A stretch of 64,000 nt of DNA from Oculina patagonica (Eukaryota): positions 23,746,001-23,810,000 of the forward strand of contig NC_135761.1 of the NCBI RefSeq assembly GCF_052425735.1. The letters are read 5' to 3'. Below are positions 62,444 through 64,000 of this stretch, one piece after another. How positions within the stretch are numbered: the first letter of the stretch is position 1; each line of letters starts with the position of its first letter. The notes below the pieces were generated by a model. That model ran no database searches. It saw only the letters and a program-made list of their open reading frames with translations, and was not told the DNA's origin. The translations under genes were made by a program, and so were the position numbers.

Positions 62444-63339
62444 TTAAAGGAAAGTTTCCGTGATTGCAGCACTTTCTTCCCAATTTTCCGTCTCTGGGAT
62501 GATGTTATCAAAGCTTAGTTCTTGAGAGGCCCAGTCTGCCCATACTTTCAACTCATTATCATCAAAGTCCCGGATGGGAAACAGGGGCGGCTGGGGCACC
62601 GCCTTATTCATGTCATTCTGTGAGCGCACTCGCCGAAGATTTTCCCGCCATTTTTTGGCGCTTTCCTTTGGATCACCACTCTGCACATCATTCCAAAAGA
62701 AATTTGTCTTCCTTTCCATGGCTTGCAGTTTTTCTTCTAGCGCCATTTTACGAATGCCACATTCACTGTGAAGAGAAATGACATAAGTTATTCAGAGAAG
62801 CTGTCTATGTACTTTGCACTGAAAAATATTGAGTCAGGACTTAAAAGTAATCTGCAAGTAGCCCATGGTGCGTTGAATGACTCGTGCCTTTGAAACTACT
62901 TATAAATCTGTTCATCTAACGATGATATGAAAATCATTTATTTACAATTGAAATTAAAGTTTGCAGACAGATATAAGCGGGGCCCATTGCCTCCTGATAT
63001 AAGTTAAAATTAGAAAGCATTGTCATGTCTCGCTACCTTTCCATGTTTTTTTAGACTTACAAAGGCCAAAAAAATCTCTTTTCAGATTAAAATAAAAAGT
63101 TTAAAAGTAGAGGTGAAGCCTTATAGTGTAAATGCGACCTTTTTTTAAATCTTGGGTTTTTTGTTTGTCTTCATACTCACATGATCTCAGACATCAGCAT
63201 TTGGCGCTTTTCTAAGGCTCGCCCCAGTCTACTCTCAGTGAGTTGTACTTGAGCCATCAGATGACTTCTGGTGTTTCTCGTCATCTCTTCTTTTTCTTCT
63301 GCAGCTCTTTGTCGCTGCTTACATTCCTCTACAGTGATT
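62444..63339 (-). CDS. Last two exons of an unidentified coiled-coil protein gene continuing beyond the window
   Basis: Exons 63339-63181 and 62765-62444 with canonical splice sites in phase: ITVEECKQRQ...MSEI|IECGIRKMALEEKLQAME...ITETFL*. Confidence 0.75.
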
Positions 63340-63465
63340 CTGTGTGGGAACATAAAACAGTTAACATGCAAACTTATAAAGTTATTTTGCAACACCATTT
63401 TTGTAAGACTTATGCGTGCGCAAAAATTGTGAATTAAGTTTGTGACATACTCTGTTTTCTAAATC

Positions 63466-63960
63466 TTTTTTTTTTTATTTTTTTTTTTATTGAGAACAAC
63501 AAATTTTCTTACAATACTAACAATACTTACAATACCACAAATTACTTAAACAAAACTAACATTACTTACAATACTAACATTAACTACATTACTTACAGTT
63601 ACTAACAGTACAAGAAAACATTGTTAACAATACTGACAATACCTTATATCCTAATAAAATACTGGTGTTACCTACCATATTAACATTACAAAACTTACAA
63701 TACTATCTAATTTACAATACTGTATTTGCTTATTACTTATTTAAATCTACATATATATTTCTCTCTTTTTTTTTCTTTTCTTTTTCTTTTGTTTTTTGCT
63801 ATGCTTTCAGTGATACTAACAATGCCTCATGCCACAATTACAGTGCAAAAAGGAAAAAAAAAAAAAAAAAAAAAAAAAAAAACAGCAGAAAAACTATGCA
63901 TGTATACAAATAACAATGACGCTACAGCAACTACTTAGTAAAGGAAACAGTCGACTAGAT
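63466..63960 (-). repeat. Low-complexity segment resembling a LINE 3' UTR and poly(A) tail
   Basis: T-run with tttatt followed by ttacaatac repeats, similar in style to the 3' UTR of the 42732 LINE. Confidence 0.4.
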
Positions 63961-64000
63961 TAAATTTTTCAAAAAAAAAAACTACATAATGGCTAGACGG

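Overview
AT-rich, intron- and repeat-rich eukaryotic (animal) genomic DNA; the repeat families and gene style suggest a cnidarian, probably a stony coral (inference). Splicing exons by hand gives eight complete protein-coding genes: UBE2QL1-like (-), a 22-exon TONSL (+), PSMG4 (-), an FBXL14-like F-box/LRR gene (+), a stathmin-domain-like orphan (+), a POMK-like kinase (-), and two small genes absent from the ORF track, mitochondrial ATP synthase epsilon ATP5F1E (-) and CNEP1R1 (+, with a U12-type intron). Six of these genes form three head-to-head pairs. The window also holds the 3' end of an unidentified coiled-coil gene, a decayed PKD1/REJ exon, two 5'-truncated Tx1-like LINEs, CR1/L2, Penelope and SINE fragments, and many MITEs. 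The most unusual structures are: a family of tRNA-like units with terminal direct repeats and a putative kissing-loop RNA motif, one copy split by a Tx1 LINE; a 3.1-kb foldback element wrapping a 36-bp tandem array in TONSL intron 19; a hairpin Kolobok-type MITE carrying a THAP relic; and a Ginger-like MITE carrying a tRNA-like cassette. All family assignments are from recalled motifs; no database search was run.
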